A stretch of 64,000 nucleotides of DNA from Promethearchaeota archaeon (GTDB lineage: Archaea > Asgardarchaeota > Thorarchaeia > Thorarchaeales > Thorarchaeaceae). The position numbers were made by a program, and so were the translations under genes. Below, piece after piece: positions 1 to 15,100 of the stretch (position 1 is the stretch's first letter; the number at the start of each line of letters is the position of its first letter). A model generated the notes under the pieces. It searched no databases, was not told where the DNA came from, and was given only the letters and a program-made list of their open reading frames with translations. The stretch is from positions 1 to 64,000 of the forward strand of contig WJMJ01000062.1 in NCBI GenBank assembly GCA_014728035.1. Reading direction: 5' to 3'.

Positions 1-146
1 CCACCCGTGATAACGAGAAGGGCAAGCATAAAGGCCCACTCCTTCCTTCGTATCACCGAGTGTGGAACCGTCTTGACATACACTATCACCAGTACCAGTA
101 CAAAGCCGAACACTAGTACAGATATCAGAGTCCACAGGTCGAACAT
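1..146 (-). CDS. Integral membrane protein, N-terminal part (runs off the window); candidate partner/immunity gene of the giant protein
   Basis: Not in the ORF track. ATG at 146-144 lies 1 nt after the TAA of the giant ORF. Manual translation is MFDLWTLISVLVFGFVLVLVIVYVKTVPHSVIRRKEWAFMLALLVITG..., i.e. TM helix, basic loop, start of a second TM helix; open to position 1. Confidence 0.75.
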   Translation of the reverse strand, partial: MFDLWTLISVLVFGFVLVLVIVYVKTVPHSVIRRKEWAFMLALLVITG

Positions 147-147
147 C

Positions 148-3100
148 TTATCCACTCCATCGTGCCTGCATGACAGGAATTCGCATGGCCACCATTGAGA
201 GCTGAAGTCCTGTTAAAACTATCTGCAATCCAATTCGTGTTTCTCGGGCTAAGTAATTAAGGCTGATGCCTTTTCCGATATACGAATTCATTCGGCCGAC
301 ACTTCTGAGGGCCGCAGAAGTTATAATGCTCATGGACATGACACCAGTAAAACCATATGCTCCACCTATCGGTCTCTGAGCTGGATCTACAGCCATCATG
401 GAATCAAAGGCCATCTCAAAGACTACTTCACCAACTAGGTCAGAGTACTTCACAAGCCCATCAACCAAGCTCGACAGTAGATTGACTCCCAAATAATGAA
501 TCCTTTGAGTAGCACTTCGCTGTAGTACACGAGAGGTTGTATCGGTCCAAGACAGCAAACGATTCCTAACTCTCTGACCAAGATTCATGTATGACTTGGT
601 ATTCATATCAAATGTGTGGATATTACGTCCAATACTACGTATTTTTGACACAACGCCAGTTAGTCCCATACTGATCAGATCAGCTAGGAGTTCCTGTAGA
701 AACAGATTCCAACCACGGTTGCTTGTTATCTGCCACAATGAGAAATTGCCCATAGTGCTATCAGAGAATACAGGACCATCACCAAACGTGTCTGTGTAGG
801 TATTGATGATATCCATTCCACCTAGTAATAGGTGATCAAACATGGACCTTCCTGTAGTCGCACTGATTATCAATTCTGAACCCCAAAGTGCAGTTATCCC
901 AGCAGTCACAGGAGCGAAACTCACCATGGTTGCTCCAAGAGTAATCATGGCTTTTCTCACCTCAACACTATCTGCTTCTTGTTGTTTCAAAATATCCAGA
1001 TATCGACCTATGTAATCATGGTCGTATTCCATCCGTAATGCATAGGAATCATAATACAGGAGATTTCTAGCAATATCTACCAAAGAGGTCACATTATCGG
1101 GATTCTTTCTACATACCATGACATCCATTTGGGGAACTGTGTTCACCAGCTCCGCATTGGAATTCCAAATTGGTGTCCCATTATTCATCCAATTAGAATG
1201 GTACTTTGTGATGTCGATGGTGATAGTAGTGTTTGTAGGAGTTAGAACAAAGGTCTCATTGTAGAGCTGTCCAAAGAGTGCGAAACGTAGTTTCATAAAG
1301 AATTCATCAGGTGTATCAGGACCCCACTCGAAATTGAATGTGACCTGTTTTCCTCTGACTACCTGATGTCTTGCGTATTGACTCTCCCCAGTCCACCAAT
1401 GAAGACCTGGCACATCAAGAATGTCCTTTGGTGTTTCGTCATCACCCCAAGATGAGGTCTCGTAGATAGTTGGACGTACTTGCAAGGTTTCATTCTGCAC
1501 ATTGAGAGATTGGACAAGGGGTTGTCGTTCTTCACCAACTTCTGTATAATTATACTGGCCATCACTAAACCAATCAGCCCCATCAATATCCAATACCCAA
1601 TTCTCTTCAATGTAGGAAGAAAGTTCGCCATCTCCACAACGAGGATGAATCATAGAGTCAATATCCACTACAGGACCATATCCAAGACTATTTGCAAAAT
1701 AATTGCTTCCTGCAACACCCATGTACAACGGCCCACCAACAATTGTAGCTAGAGATCCTCTTAGTGCTTGACCGTGAAGTTCATCAGCCCATCCTTCAGT
1801 ATTCCAGACATCGATTCTATCCTCAACACTGTAATCAAGAGATACCTCAGACACGCACTCATCAAGTAGTGAGTGTCCCCACATGTTCATGTGGTTGTAT
1901 CGCGATATAGTGTCAAGATAGGTCTGGCATAGAGTCGCATTTCTCCAGATGTGGTCCTGCGATATAACAGAGGATAGACCAAAACTAAGAACCCCTAGTC
2001 CTTGTCGATCAGCCTGAAATGTAATTGGGCTTGCAAAGCTAGATGGAGGGCCTTCGTTTATCGTTGCATAGTCCAGATATTTTCGATCTGCTTGTTTCAA
2101 ATAAGATGTGTCAATCGACCAGATTGGCCTATACTCTCTATCGATATCTCCTAGTATCATCTGACCTGTTGATGTTGGTGCAGAGCCAGCAGAACTATGA
2201 TGTACTGTTGATGTGATTCCGGGTATCCAGAAAGAGAAACCATCATCATGATCCAAATCTATGAGATATTGTCCATTTACGTTAAGCACTTGCCAATAGA
2301 ACTTTGTAGCACAGTGACTAGACACATCGTAATCTGGAGTTGGATTGAATGATAGCCGATAGTTCCATGGGTTGATACCATCAGAAGACTTGAAGTCAAC
2401 ACGACTTAGAAGCGGATTGGTCGGTGATGTCATATGAAGATTGGTAGAGTCTGAAGCTTCTAAGGTAGGCGATGAGATGGGAATATTGTTACTTCCATCC
2501 CAACCTAGAATAGAAGCTGAGATATGATCATTCCAGACATCCTCCGAAGACTCAACATAATAATCGAACTCCTGTTGATGGTGTGGTAGAACTACACGTT
2601 CCATCGAAATATCTTGAAGAAGGCCACCATCAGGAGTTGGAAGAAGCATTGGAAATTCGACCCCTTGATGAGTTCGGACTGAAAATTCTTTGATAATGCT
2701 GATCCTCGATATAGAGAACATTTTGTTGTTATAATGGAAATCAGTAGAGCCAACCACATAATCTCGTTCACATACTGCGACGTTTATAGTCACATCAGTG
2801 ATGAAGAAATCATATAGCATATCAAACCTACTAAGATCTATCTCAAATAGGACAGTCTTAGGGTCTCCAGTGTCAATGAGTGGAGAATGGATATACCATG
2901 TATAAGGTTCTACATCATTGATGAGCCTTGTTGAATTTGCACGAGTTGTATTGTAGACATAATATCCACCCATAGTTAGATAGATGCCTCCATAATGATT
3001 CTCAACCTCACCAGTGTAAGCTGGGTCAAAGGGTGGACATTCATCAGGGAATCTGCCTTCCACCCGAATCTTTGTGCTTCCAGGAGGAACAACAAACTTG

Positions 3101-6100
3101 TAGGCATCATCCGATGACTTATACGTATCCGTATTGTTATCAGCTGGGTCAGTAGAAACGGTCCACCACTCATATTCTAAACCTTGTTCATAATTATTAG
3201 TATCAACCGAACTCACAGTTACACTATGATACCTATCAGTGTGAGAGGGTAGGTCTATGTCATATGTGTAGGAATCAGCCCAGTACTCTGGATTCGAATA
3301 GCTTTGTGAAAACATTCCCTTGTATGGTATGTCCTTGGGTGTGAATTCCACTGTGGCATTGTCAGCATGATACCACGCACTGTCCATGTCAAGGTCTAGC
3401 ACTCGTTCTGGACCATCAGGCCATATGGAGGCACTACCGTCCTTGTGAGTAGTGTAGTAGAAGGGAGCCCAGCCATCCGTTGTCATATATCCACTTGCTT
3501 CTAGGAAGCGTTCTGCAAGACTACCATCATACTCTCCCTGAAAGATTGTATCAGGAACAGCATCACAGCTGAATATCACCGAGCCAGCGGTCTCCATCAA
3601 GGGTGTAAAGGCACGACCATCACTGAAATAGCCCATCGATGCCACATCTCGAATCATATACTGCATGAGGTCAGTAGCATCCAATGTGACTTTCATGCCA
3701 CCAATAGCATCCGTCTTCATCAGGATGTTGGTCTTGTCGAGCATTGCAGAGGGAGCTTCGTATAGACTGACAGAGCCACCCTCACGAATTCGCTCATAGT
3801 GGTCATAGTCATAATATACAGCCGTGTAACGTCCATGAGTTGGTAGATAGGTATTACAGTTCTCCACTGGTGAACCATCTTCATGCGTGAACTTGAACTT
3901 GAACCAGTTCTCTGATGCTCCACCATCCTGATAGAGGCGGAGATAGATCGTGTGAATTCCAGTACGAAGATAGGTCGATATTGTTGTCCCGGCCTCAGGC
4001 GTCATATCTATACCGTCTATCCAGACCTCAACATTGGTCATGGATGAGACTGTGAGGGAGAAGGTATACCAATCTGTCTGTGGGACCTCAAGCACAGTGA
4101 AATAGTGCTGGTACCACTTCTGACCCAGAGCCTCGGCATACTCACGAGGATAGCCACTGAGGTAGTTCGCATATGTAGGAGTCTCCTCATCATAATGCAT
4201 GGCTCGATACCATCCATTCATAAACTCAAGCTGAGCTTCTGGTCGGTCATAGACTGTGAGGAGTTCAGGGTCGATGTCCATCACGGACCAGCTGAAGCCC
4301 TGATTCCTACAGGTCTCGATGGAGAACTGGGTTGCTCCAATCTCAAGGTCCCATCCACTAACGGAGACCATCTCATTCAGGTCATAGTGACTAAAGTCTT
4401 CTCGATAGATCAGCATAGTGTAGTTGTTTGCCCATATCTGTAGGTCATCTAAGAAGTAGCTGATATTTCCTGAGTTGCCACCAAGACTCTCGACGATGGC
4501 AATTTGGGTGATTCCGCCTAAACCATGGGGAGAAGAGAATTCTTCATGATATACCACAGATGAAGGTTCACCAGTGATATCCATCTGGCGATACCGCACC
4601 TCGTCACTAGCAAAATCAAGGTCCCAATGCACCCATTGGTTATGAGCTACGCTTGTGGTCCACTCAGAGAGAATGGTAATAGGCTCAGTTGCGCCACCAT
4701 CTAGATCCCAGACATACTTACGAACACTGAAACGATACTGGTCACCATAGGCACGCGGGCTGTCAGTAACCCATAGATCTAACTCGCTATCATAGTGCCA
4801 ATCCCATGTTATCCATGTTTCGAAGCTGCCAAATAGTCCAACCGCTTCATCTGTAGTATATTCATGGATGACCTCAAGAATCTGAGATGTTCCACTACTA
4901 AGGACAGTTGTCTCTTGTCCAACAGGATCACTGACGGGTTGGGGGAGATAATCATTCCACCATAGCGGAGCTGAATCATCAACCCCATTTTCAAAGTCCA
5001 ACCATGTGTAGAACTGAATCGAACAATTGGGATTGTCGAGATTGACGGTCTTTTTGAGTCGAGACAAGTCAAAGTTATTATCGTAGATAAAGAGAGAGCC
5101 ATCCATCAGGTCTCGTGGGCTAGCAATCCAACTGGTAATGAAGCCATCTTCATCAATACCATCCGTATCTCCAGAGGGAGCTAGTCGTGACCCTTTGCGG
5201 TCTACAGTCTGATACATTGTAACGGGAACTATTGAATCAGGTGATGTCATGTAAACATCATAAACTCCGGTTGTTACATTAAACTGATACAGGTCAGGTA
5301 ACTCGCCCTCTGTGACATTCAGATGGAGAAACAGACTGACAATATCCAAGGATATAACAGTCTTGACGGTCTGATTCAGATAGATCGTATCTTGTGTGGA
5401 ATTGCCAGCTAACGAGGAAACTGTGATGGAATAGGGAGAAACTGTGTCATTTGCCCAGTAGTAGGAAACAGTGATATTGCTATCACCACTGGCAGGATCT
5501 ACCATCAATCGAAGGTCTCTCTGCTCATATATATCAAGACTGGTTGAGCCATCAACGTCAATTCCCTTCAAAGATTGTTTATGAGTAAGATACCCTGCAA
5601 AACAGGAGGAATTAGCTGAACTAGAGAAGACACTATCTTGTAGTAGGACATCACCATAGACTATCAGACCGTTATATGAGGTGAAACGGGAGATAGCCAA
5701 ACCAGAACTATCAAAATATAATTCTGAACTATTCATATATTCATAATTCGTTGAGTCGGATTCTCGTGTTACTTTCCAAAGATAATCATCTTGTGCAATA
5801 TCAAGTGTGTTGGTCAGATAGACATCATCAAGAGTCGCTCCAATGATAGCAGGTGAGAGGGAATTGTCATACATGATGAAGCTGATCTCTGTAATAGTTC
5901 GATTAGATATATCCCGGTCAAGGTTCTCCAGAGAGATGAACAGTTCATTGACTCCGTGATGAAGATCCTCTTGTAGTTCAAAGATCTCATCTCCATCTGA
6001 GGAGATTGCATAAGCCACGGACCCATTATCCAATACCATGCGAATTCTATACTCGTGTACAGCTTCAATAGTATATCCTGTATCCACATAGGGTTTGACC

Positions 6101-9100
6101 GATAGATGAAGATATGAGAAATCAGTCGCATTCAGAGTGGCATTGTCTACTAGAATAACAGATACATAGACTTTATTCTTATGAGTGAGAGCTCGTACAG
6201 AGTGTTTACCTTCTGTCAATGGTGCTAGGGGATAGGTAGATGCGGATGTTATTATATCACTCTCGCGCTCTACGGAATTCAGATACAATACAGGTGCCTG
6301 ATTGATGGCAGCCCATAATCGCACACTCTCCATAGTGAGCTCGTCAGCATAGACGGTTGTCCAATTGATAAGGCCAGTTTCGGTAATGGTATACGTTCTG
6401 TTGATAGACCGACCCTCGACCCAACCACACATCATAAATTCGATTCTATGTCTGGTCTGGTCCAGGATGATCACCTCATCCAGAAGAACTTGAGTGGTGT
6501 TCTCACCTATCTCGAATTCAATGGCATCTGTAGCAACATGTAGATTCAGGTCATATTCTGTGGTCCAGACCTCAAGATTCGAGTGTGGATGATAGTGGAC
6601 GGTCTCGGGAATACCGTTGATTAATGAACTGAACTTCGTATATACAGGCCCCTGGTCATAATACTCTGTGATACTAGCAAACATACTAAGAACTCCTGTT
6701 GTGGTCACATCAGTCGAGTTCTCACGAGTGGTCTGCAGGGTATTGACATCAAGGGACTGGAGGTTAAACAGGGTTAGACCAGAATATTTGCTTGTACCAA
6801 GTAGTTCAACATAGTCTGACCCAACATCAATCCTGCTCATTGGCCTATTGATAAGGGCAAATTCGGATATGGATAACCTTTGTCCTGGTGCATCCTGATA
6901 TATCCCAATTGACGTGATGACTTGAAGATGGCCAGCAATCGCGCTAATATTAAGGACAATTCTATCCCAAGTAGGCCAAGATAATTGGTGAGATACTGTC
7001 TGAGATACGGATTCATTTGTGAGTCCTTTGATGTTCAGCCAAGTAGCACCAGAGGACACAGATAGATCTCCATTAATGACCAGTTCACTCATAGAACTTA
7101 TTGGAAAGTCAAGATTGAGATATGACACATTGGTACACGAATTTGAGGTGGCAGAATATCCATATTTCGTAATTTCCAGCTCGGTCTGACCATCAACTTT
7201 TGGTAGGAGATACCCATTGCTACTGATACCACCAAAACCAAGAGTCATATGTTGAATGTGTATAGAGCCTGCTGCAACCCGAATGAACAGTCTGGTCAAT
7301 GTATCAAATCTTGAAACGATATTGCTTAGAGCAATTGTATAGACTCTCCAATCAGATATCCCAGACGAAACCGAAGCATGAAGCATGTTTCGCGTGATAT
7401 TCATTCCTTCATGTTCGAACATGACTTGTATCGAACTACTGTTCAACTGAATTGGTGAGTCGTATCGCCAGCGAATGATGAACCATTGGTCAGTTACAGA
7501 TAGGTCCGCAAAGTTCCATTCTATTTCAAGACTAGCGGTGTAATCTGCTGTATCAAATACACCGTAGGATATCCAGTCATCACAAGATAGAGTGCAGTCA
7601 AGTGGTCCTACGGTTGCCTCTGAACTCCATGTCCAATCAAATGAATACACCTCAGACTCTGCTTCTAAGGTATCGTTCGTTCTATCGTTGTCTCCATCTC
7701 TGGCATATACTTTCCAAAGAACAGAACCTGCTACTGACTCATGGTTATAGATGATGCAGGTCCAACTAGCACCATCTTGTGTTCCTGCTCTACTGGTCCA
7801 TTGACCGCCAATCTCAAACCAGAAGACCACTTCAGATAGAGGAGAATAGTCAGAGATAGTTATACTCAACAGAACATCACCGGATTCTGTACCTGTAATA
7901 GGACTCGGACTTGAAAAATCAGGAGATGCGGAATCATCATCAGATATGGTACCACCTATGAACTCTGATAACAGCAAAGTTGAATCTCCACTTCTATCAC
8001 TGTCAGCATCAACAGTCCTGACCCTCCAGATCAGTGTTGAGCCAGTCGCCTCATGCCAGACTGATGGAGCAATGGAGAAGCCATAAGTGCAGCTAGTGTT
8101 GGTATAATATGATTCATACGAAGACCAACTTTCCCCATTATCCAGAGAATAAGCAAACTCCACAGAAGACAGACCACTACTATCAGTCACATACACAGCG
8201 AGTTCATAATCACTGTTCCAACCATCATTTTGCGAACCACTATCAGATGGAGATTGGACCAATGGAACATCTGAATCATCATCTAATACTACAACAATGA
8301 GGGGATTCACCTCACTACCCTGTTGTGATGTTAGAGTATCACCAGTTCTGTCGACATCTCCGTCGGTGACAACAATAAAGTAGTCAAGGGTCTGTCCAAC
8401 ATCATAAGATAGTTCAACAGTCCATATTCCGTTTCCGTTGCCACCAGGCCCATTCATTTGATAGGAGATAGGTGAACCTGTAACATCGTATAATGTTATG
8501 GAGGATATGCCACTAGAATCAGCAACATCGACAGATATGGTCAGTATACCATTATCCCATTGTGAACTGGCATCATAGACTGTTCCTGACGTATAATAAC
8601 TGATAGCAGGTGCTGACGTGTCATCATCTGAAACCGAACCACCAATCTGTTCACTACTTGTCTGTGTGAGAGAGTCACCTGTTCTATCAGCATCACTATC
8701 GGTTGCTCGGACCTTCCACATAATACTACTATCAAGAGCAGATAACCATGTGGTCCTATCAATAGTGTAGGAATAGGTATTGCCATTTATGGAGGAGTAA
8801 CTAGTCCAAGAGCTCCATGTAGTACCGTCATCTAGGGAATATATAAACTCAACAGAGGATATTCCACTAGCATCAGTCACATCCACCCATAAGAGATAAC
8901 CATCAGATTTTGAATCGAGAATATTTCCATCATCACCAAGATTAGAGAGAGTAGGAACGGTTGTATCATCATCCGTTATCTGGCCACCAGTATAGTCAGA
9001 GCTTGTTGTCGTGAGGGAATCACTTGAACGATCTATATCGTTATCTGTCGTTCTGACTCTCCAGTAGATGGTGGAGTCAAGAGCGGTAAGCCAATCAGTT

Positions 9101-12100
9101 CGAGAGATGTAGTAGTGATAGGTGTCCGAACTGTTGGAATCGTAGGAATCCCAGGAGGTCCATGTTATTCCAGAGTCGAGAGAGTAGACGAACTCCACTG
9201 AGCTAATACCACTACTATCGGATATTGAGATCCAGATATGATATGAATCCAGTTTTGCGTCGGTCACCGAACCATCATCACCAGCACCTGAGAGAACAGG
9301 AGCTGAAGAATCATCATCTGTGACAGTTCCACCCGTTTGGGCAGTACTAGTCGTTTCTTCACTCTCAGTATCGATAGCCTTGAACCGATATTTGATAATG
9401 GAATCCAGCGCAGATAGCCATCCCCAAGTACCAGTTCTAGGTATCTCGTAAGAGAACAGATCCCCGGATTGAGAACTTGTTATGTCAAGCCATCCATTTG
9501 AAGAACTATACCATGTTGTTCCGCCATCAAGAGAATAGTCTGTGTAGACTGTATCAAGATTACTATCCGCATCGGTCACTTGGGCTTGTATGGTGTAGGT
9601 ATCGCTCTTTTCATCGAGTACTGAACCGTCACTTGAAAATGAATCAATGACCGGAGCCTCATTAGACGAATAGATCTGGTCGGTTGTGATCTGGATATCG
9701 TTCGTGTAACAGTGAAAGCCTTGATTATAGTTGTACTTTCGAGCCCATCCAATTGCGATATAGGTTGCAATACGGGATTTCGCGGTTGCAGAGGGAGAGG
9801 AAACAAGAGTAGAACTGCCCTTATTTTCAATGGATGCAATGATTGCATCTTGAGTTGAGTCGTAATAAATCTCGAAATCACCAAGATAGTTACCATAAGC
9901 CGCATCTTGATATTGCTCAGATCCTCCACCTTCCGCATCGGAGTAACAGTAATAGACATTCAGCATTCTATAGGACGAATACCAAGGGTCATGAACATTC
10001 AGCATGAACATAATCTCCTTATTTTCATCAAGGATAGCCACCTTCATCATTATTCCTGCACTATCTTGAATTCGTTCAAGCTCAGCTGTGAAACAAAGCC
10101 CTCCATCGAGTGTACTCTGAGTACTTAGCTCTCTCATCCACATTGGTCCGTGAGAATACTGAGAAGATGAAGGAATTGAACCACATGCATAACGACCATT
10201 ATTGATAGAGAGGGTAGAACTTTGAAGCTCACCCCAAAAGGTATCTCCATCCCAATTTGAGCTAGTGAGTAAGGTCCAACCGGATGTGGAGGTGCAAGCG
10301 TCAGAGTAGATTGAATATGTGGCACTCCGGGTCATCATGACCAGAGCTTCTAACGGATTAGCATCAGCACCATCAAGAATACCATCCGAGTCTGTATCGC
10401 TGTCTTGTGGGTCAGTATCAGCATTATACTCTCCGAGATTATCCAACCCATCTTTATCAGGGTCCTCCTTGTTATCCCTAGTTAAAGGATCAAGGGAGTT
10501 GTGATATTCCCAAGCATCGGGCATTTTGTCTTTATCTGAATCATCGCTTACTGGATTGGTTCTCAACGTGTAATACTCAAATCCATCAGTCAATAAGTCA
10601 AAGTCAGTGTCGTTATTCTTAGGGTCAGTTCCTATTTTTATTTCCAAATCATCCAAGAGACCGTCGTTATCAGAATCTATTCCTTCAGTACTGTATCGAG
10701 GTAAATCTAATGAAAGTGCTTGGTAACAGGGGGATACAGTATTCTGACTTTCAAAGGGAGAATCAGAAACTAATATGGGTTCTGAAAATACAATAGTACG
10801 AGTATCAGGAGCTGGATCACTAGGTATTGAACCATAAATAGAAACTTTCTCAATATTGAGCCAGAGTTCCTTTCCAATTGCACTGTCAGACCAATTGATA
10901 GAGAACCCAATAGCAGATATATTAGATGTTGAGAATTCATTCAATATATCTTGTAGAAATAGTGCCTTCTTTGTTGGTTCCGAGTTCTGTGGCAGTTTAG
11001 TAGAAAATTTTAGGCCATCCAGCAGGAAGAATACTTCAAGCCAGCAGTCCGCCTCAACACTTGACCGATATTCTACAACCATCGAGTTGATTCTTGTGAT
11101 GTTATAGGATAGCGGATGTTGGGCACCAAAGGAGCCTATACTTGCATGGGTCCAAGCTGTTAGGGATATGGTTTCAGAGGGGGCAAGTGTGTTGATATAT
11201 TGCTCATTATCATTTCCTATTCTTGTCCAAGACCCACTGACCTGTGATAAAGACACGCTATAGAATGTCAGATTATAAGCTTGACTTGGACTGTCTGTAA
11301 ATTCAATTCGATAGAATTTCTTCCCTGCAAGGGCATCAATAACAGATAGGTCAATATCTAATCGATGAGTAGTACCGTCAGCAATGAAGCCATAGTCAAT
11401 CCAGTCAGCATATACTATGACTCCATCCTCTCCATAAGCTGGATCTGAATTTACATTTATTCCTACAACTCGGAGTGACGGGCTATCATCACAATCGGTC
11501 ATTGAGTAGACAATACTTAGTGTGTTATAGGTCTCAAGTGGAACGGGTTCAGGAAGTCTATAGATAGCACTCCACGAAGGTGTTGTTGATATAATAGAGG
11601 TGTATCCGTTTTCAGCCTCGGTAACGTCTCCACTCCATCCAGCTGTTGTGTCCTGAACGACAGTTGCTCCTTCAGTTGGAGATATCTCAAGATGGTCAAC
11701 GGCCACATATCCACCGATATTGGAAACACCTACGAGTAGTTGTTTCACGTTTATAAAAGCATACTTGGAAAGGTCAATTGTGTACCATCCAGAATTAGAG
11801 GTTTCGAAAACATCAAGGACTGTATCGTTCTTCAAGACGAACGACAACCAGTAAGATGTAGCCCCATTATAAGAAACATCAAGTATCAGACAGCTATCAG
11901 GGAGAATGTAAAGATCTACATCTCTGGAGAAATTAGCTTTATTCTCACTGGCTACGAACTTCCCAGTATCGAAAATACTTTCTACACCACTTTGTTCAAT
12001 ATATCCAGAATCTATCGCATGCCATTCTGACACATCACCAAAACTCTCATGGAATTCATAATCGGTCTGGGAGATGTAGAGCAATTCTGGGTCTTTGACA

Positions 12101-15100
12101 ATAAGTAGGTCATCAACCCATAGAGTAAATGGAGCATTTCCAGAGTATGATATGAAGATAGATACTTTTGATACCCAATCAACACCATGATCAGCAGAGA
12201 GATTGGCCCAAATCAGACCTGTCTTGTCACAGTCATCATCGTAGCTTTTGGTATAAGTATCGAAAGTGTATCCACCATTAGCCTGTTGATAGTAGACTCT
12301 GACTCCGACAAAAATACACTCAGAACTCTTGATATGATAAGGCATATGAAGAATAGGATACTTGGCGGTATCAATGGAAACGTCCAATGATATCTCAGTT
12401 TCACCAGAGATAGAAGTGCCATCCACAATCAGACAGCCGGAATTTATTCCCAAATCAATCTCAGGTTCTGCAGTCCATCCGTCAATACTCAGAAAGTTTT
12501 CAGAAAGATAGGGGAAATGTACTCTTTGTGGATCAATACGTTGGTAGTCATTTTCGAAGACTACAGCTCGTTCGCGAAGCCCAAACCAATCAAGACGAAT
12601 CTTTGAGCCTGAAGTGGTCTTTTCTGCACCAATTCGAATCCTTTGAATATATGTTCCAGTAATTGAAAATGTCTGAACATATCTTCCAGATTTGTTGAAT
12701 CTGAAGAACTCTGTGGAGGTATCTGATGTGACAAGGACATAGGCATCACATTTGACAAGCTCCACGACATCCATCAAGAGATATTTGACCATAGCTGAAG
12801 GGATAGAGAGGCAGTCATACTCCACCCACATCTCACTTCTGTTTTCGAGAGGCATAAGTGTAAGCACGTCACCATCTGATCCGTAGACCGCATAGACAGA
12901 ATCGATTGAGTAAGGACGACTGAAATCAGTTGCAAAGTATTTATCTTCCACGTGTTCTTCTACTGGATCAATATCAAAGGTGGAAGTGTAACTTGGAACT
13001 GTGGTCGATTCCATATCTTCAAGAGAGAGTAGGGGCACATGGGTTCCATCTATCCTGTATTCACGAAGATGCTTCTGTACATCATACTCGAATGCAATCA
13101 TAACTTCATTTTGGTATAATGAACTATCAGAGAGTCTTCTGACTTCACGGTTAAAATTGATAAACCCAGATTCTAGTACCTCATAGAAATCAGTGATAAT
13201 AGCAAAAGTACTGAAGGCCTGCTGAATAACGAGTGTGCTATCATCCTGTTGTACGATTTCGAGTGAGATGGTCTCATACCATGATTTGTCAAGTGTGCAA
13301 TATTCTGTTCCGTTGAACTCCACTCGGTAATATGGAGTTGCTTCATGTAGAACATCTGCCATCGAGCTGACTGAGAATCCAAGAACTTCTGTATTCCATG
13401 AAAGAGACAAATCCCAATAGGGTAGGTAGACAGATTGAGTTTCAACAGAGAATAATTCACAACTGTCAATCCGAGTATAATCATCAGCATAGATATAGAT
13501 TGATGTCAGAATAGGATTTCTTTTCAAGCCTTGGCGAACAAGTAGTTTCTCAGCAAGTAAAGATATGTCAATCTCACATCGCAACCAGTCTGCGAATAAA
13601 GGAACATAACTTGCGCTTGAAGTAGAAATATTATACACATCTTCTTCAATGGCGATGGAAAATATGACTGTGGGGGTTGCATTTGCAACGAAGCTTAGTT
13701 TTAACCCATCACTGACCATTTGATATACAGGAATGGGCATCATAAGACAATCAGGACCAACTAGAGCTGCACGAGTTCCATGAAAGGCATTGTTGGTCCA
13801 ATTATACCCACTACCAGTATCAAAGTCATTCAATAGTGTGTGTGAGTTACTATTTCGTGGTGATAGCGAAATAATGTCTCCAGTTCTCGCCTTGAAAGCG
13901 GTCACCAGCTCGACCAGTTGATCATAGGCAATCTCTCCATCACCCGCAAGATCAGCAATATGTAATTCTAGTTCGAAAATCTTGTCAATATCTCCACTCG
14001 GTAATGCATACATCTTAGTTGCGAGAAAAGGTAGATCAATAGTCAACTCTTGTATGGATAATGGGTACCAATTGGTTTCCACCCACATAGTAGATCCATC
14101 AGCTGCAGAATGTAACAGAGCTCGATACTGAAGTAGAAGACCTGACGAATTAGAATCGAATGTGCTAACTAGGATGGGAACTCCCCGAATGTCTATCTCG
14201 GTGCTGTTTGTGAATGTCACATAGTCATTTGAAGTATCATCGTGATTATTCATAGCAAATTCGAAACTGCAGATAATATCAGGGGTATCTGGGTATATGA
14301 CTTGCATGTTAGCCATTCCAGTAACATTCCAATCCGAGGAGAAAATAGGAAGATAGGGAGTATGTGCCTCGCTTGTTAGAGCAAGAAGGCCACATGATTG
14401 TCCATATGATATAGCAGATGCGTCATGCAACTTGAAAGTCACAGGAACATTATGTGCAGAATTTGCTCGAACAAACACGACGAATGCATTTATCCCTTGG
14501 CTAAGAATTACAGGGATATCTGCATTAGTAGTAATGTTAGCTATCATATCTCCTCCATGATAGATCTCCATGAAAGTAATATCACCAGTCGATATATTGA
14601 GATAATGAAGCCCCTCTTGAGCATAGAACTCGCTATACGCAGCATAGTCCATTGTAACCCGTTCACCTTTGTCTTCTAAGAGGAAATGCGGACTGATATC
14701 TCCATGAGTGGAAACCGACCATTCATGCATCTTGACCTTGGTTCTTGAGAGTGCAATAGCATCTAGTTTCAAATGTGTGTTGTAAAGCATGTAACTATAG
14801 TTCTTGATTGCAATACGAACTCCAGTAAGAGAAAACTCAGGAAGGTCTATCTCATACCGAGTCCAGTCTGCTACTTGATAGAATCGAAATTCTCGCTTGG
14901 TTGTAAATCCTTCAGAGTGAGTTAGCTGAATCTCTATATCTGTGAATCCAGTGATATTTCTTTTTGCATAAAAGACGAGACCGGAAACGAGCTGCGAAGT
15001 GCCATAGTTGTATTCGATCCATCCAGGGGTGCCATCACCACCACACAGCACAACTGAATGAGAACTTCTGTATCCCTCCAATGAAAAGGCTGTTATGGAA

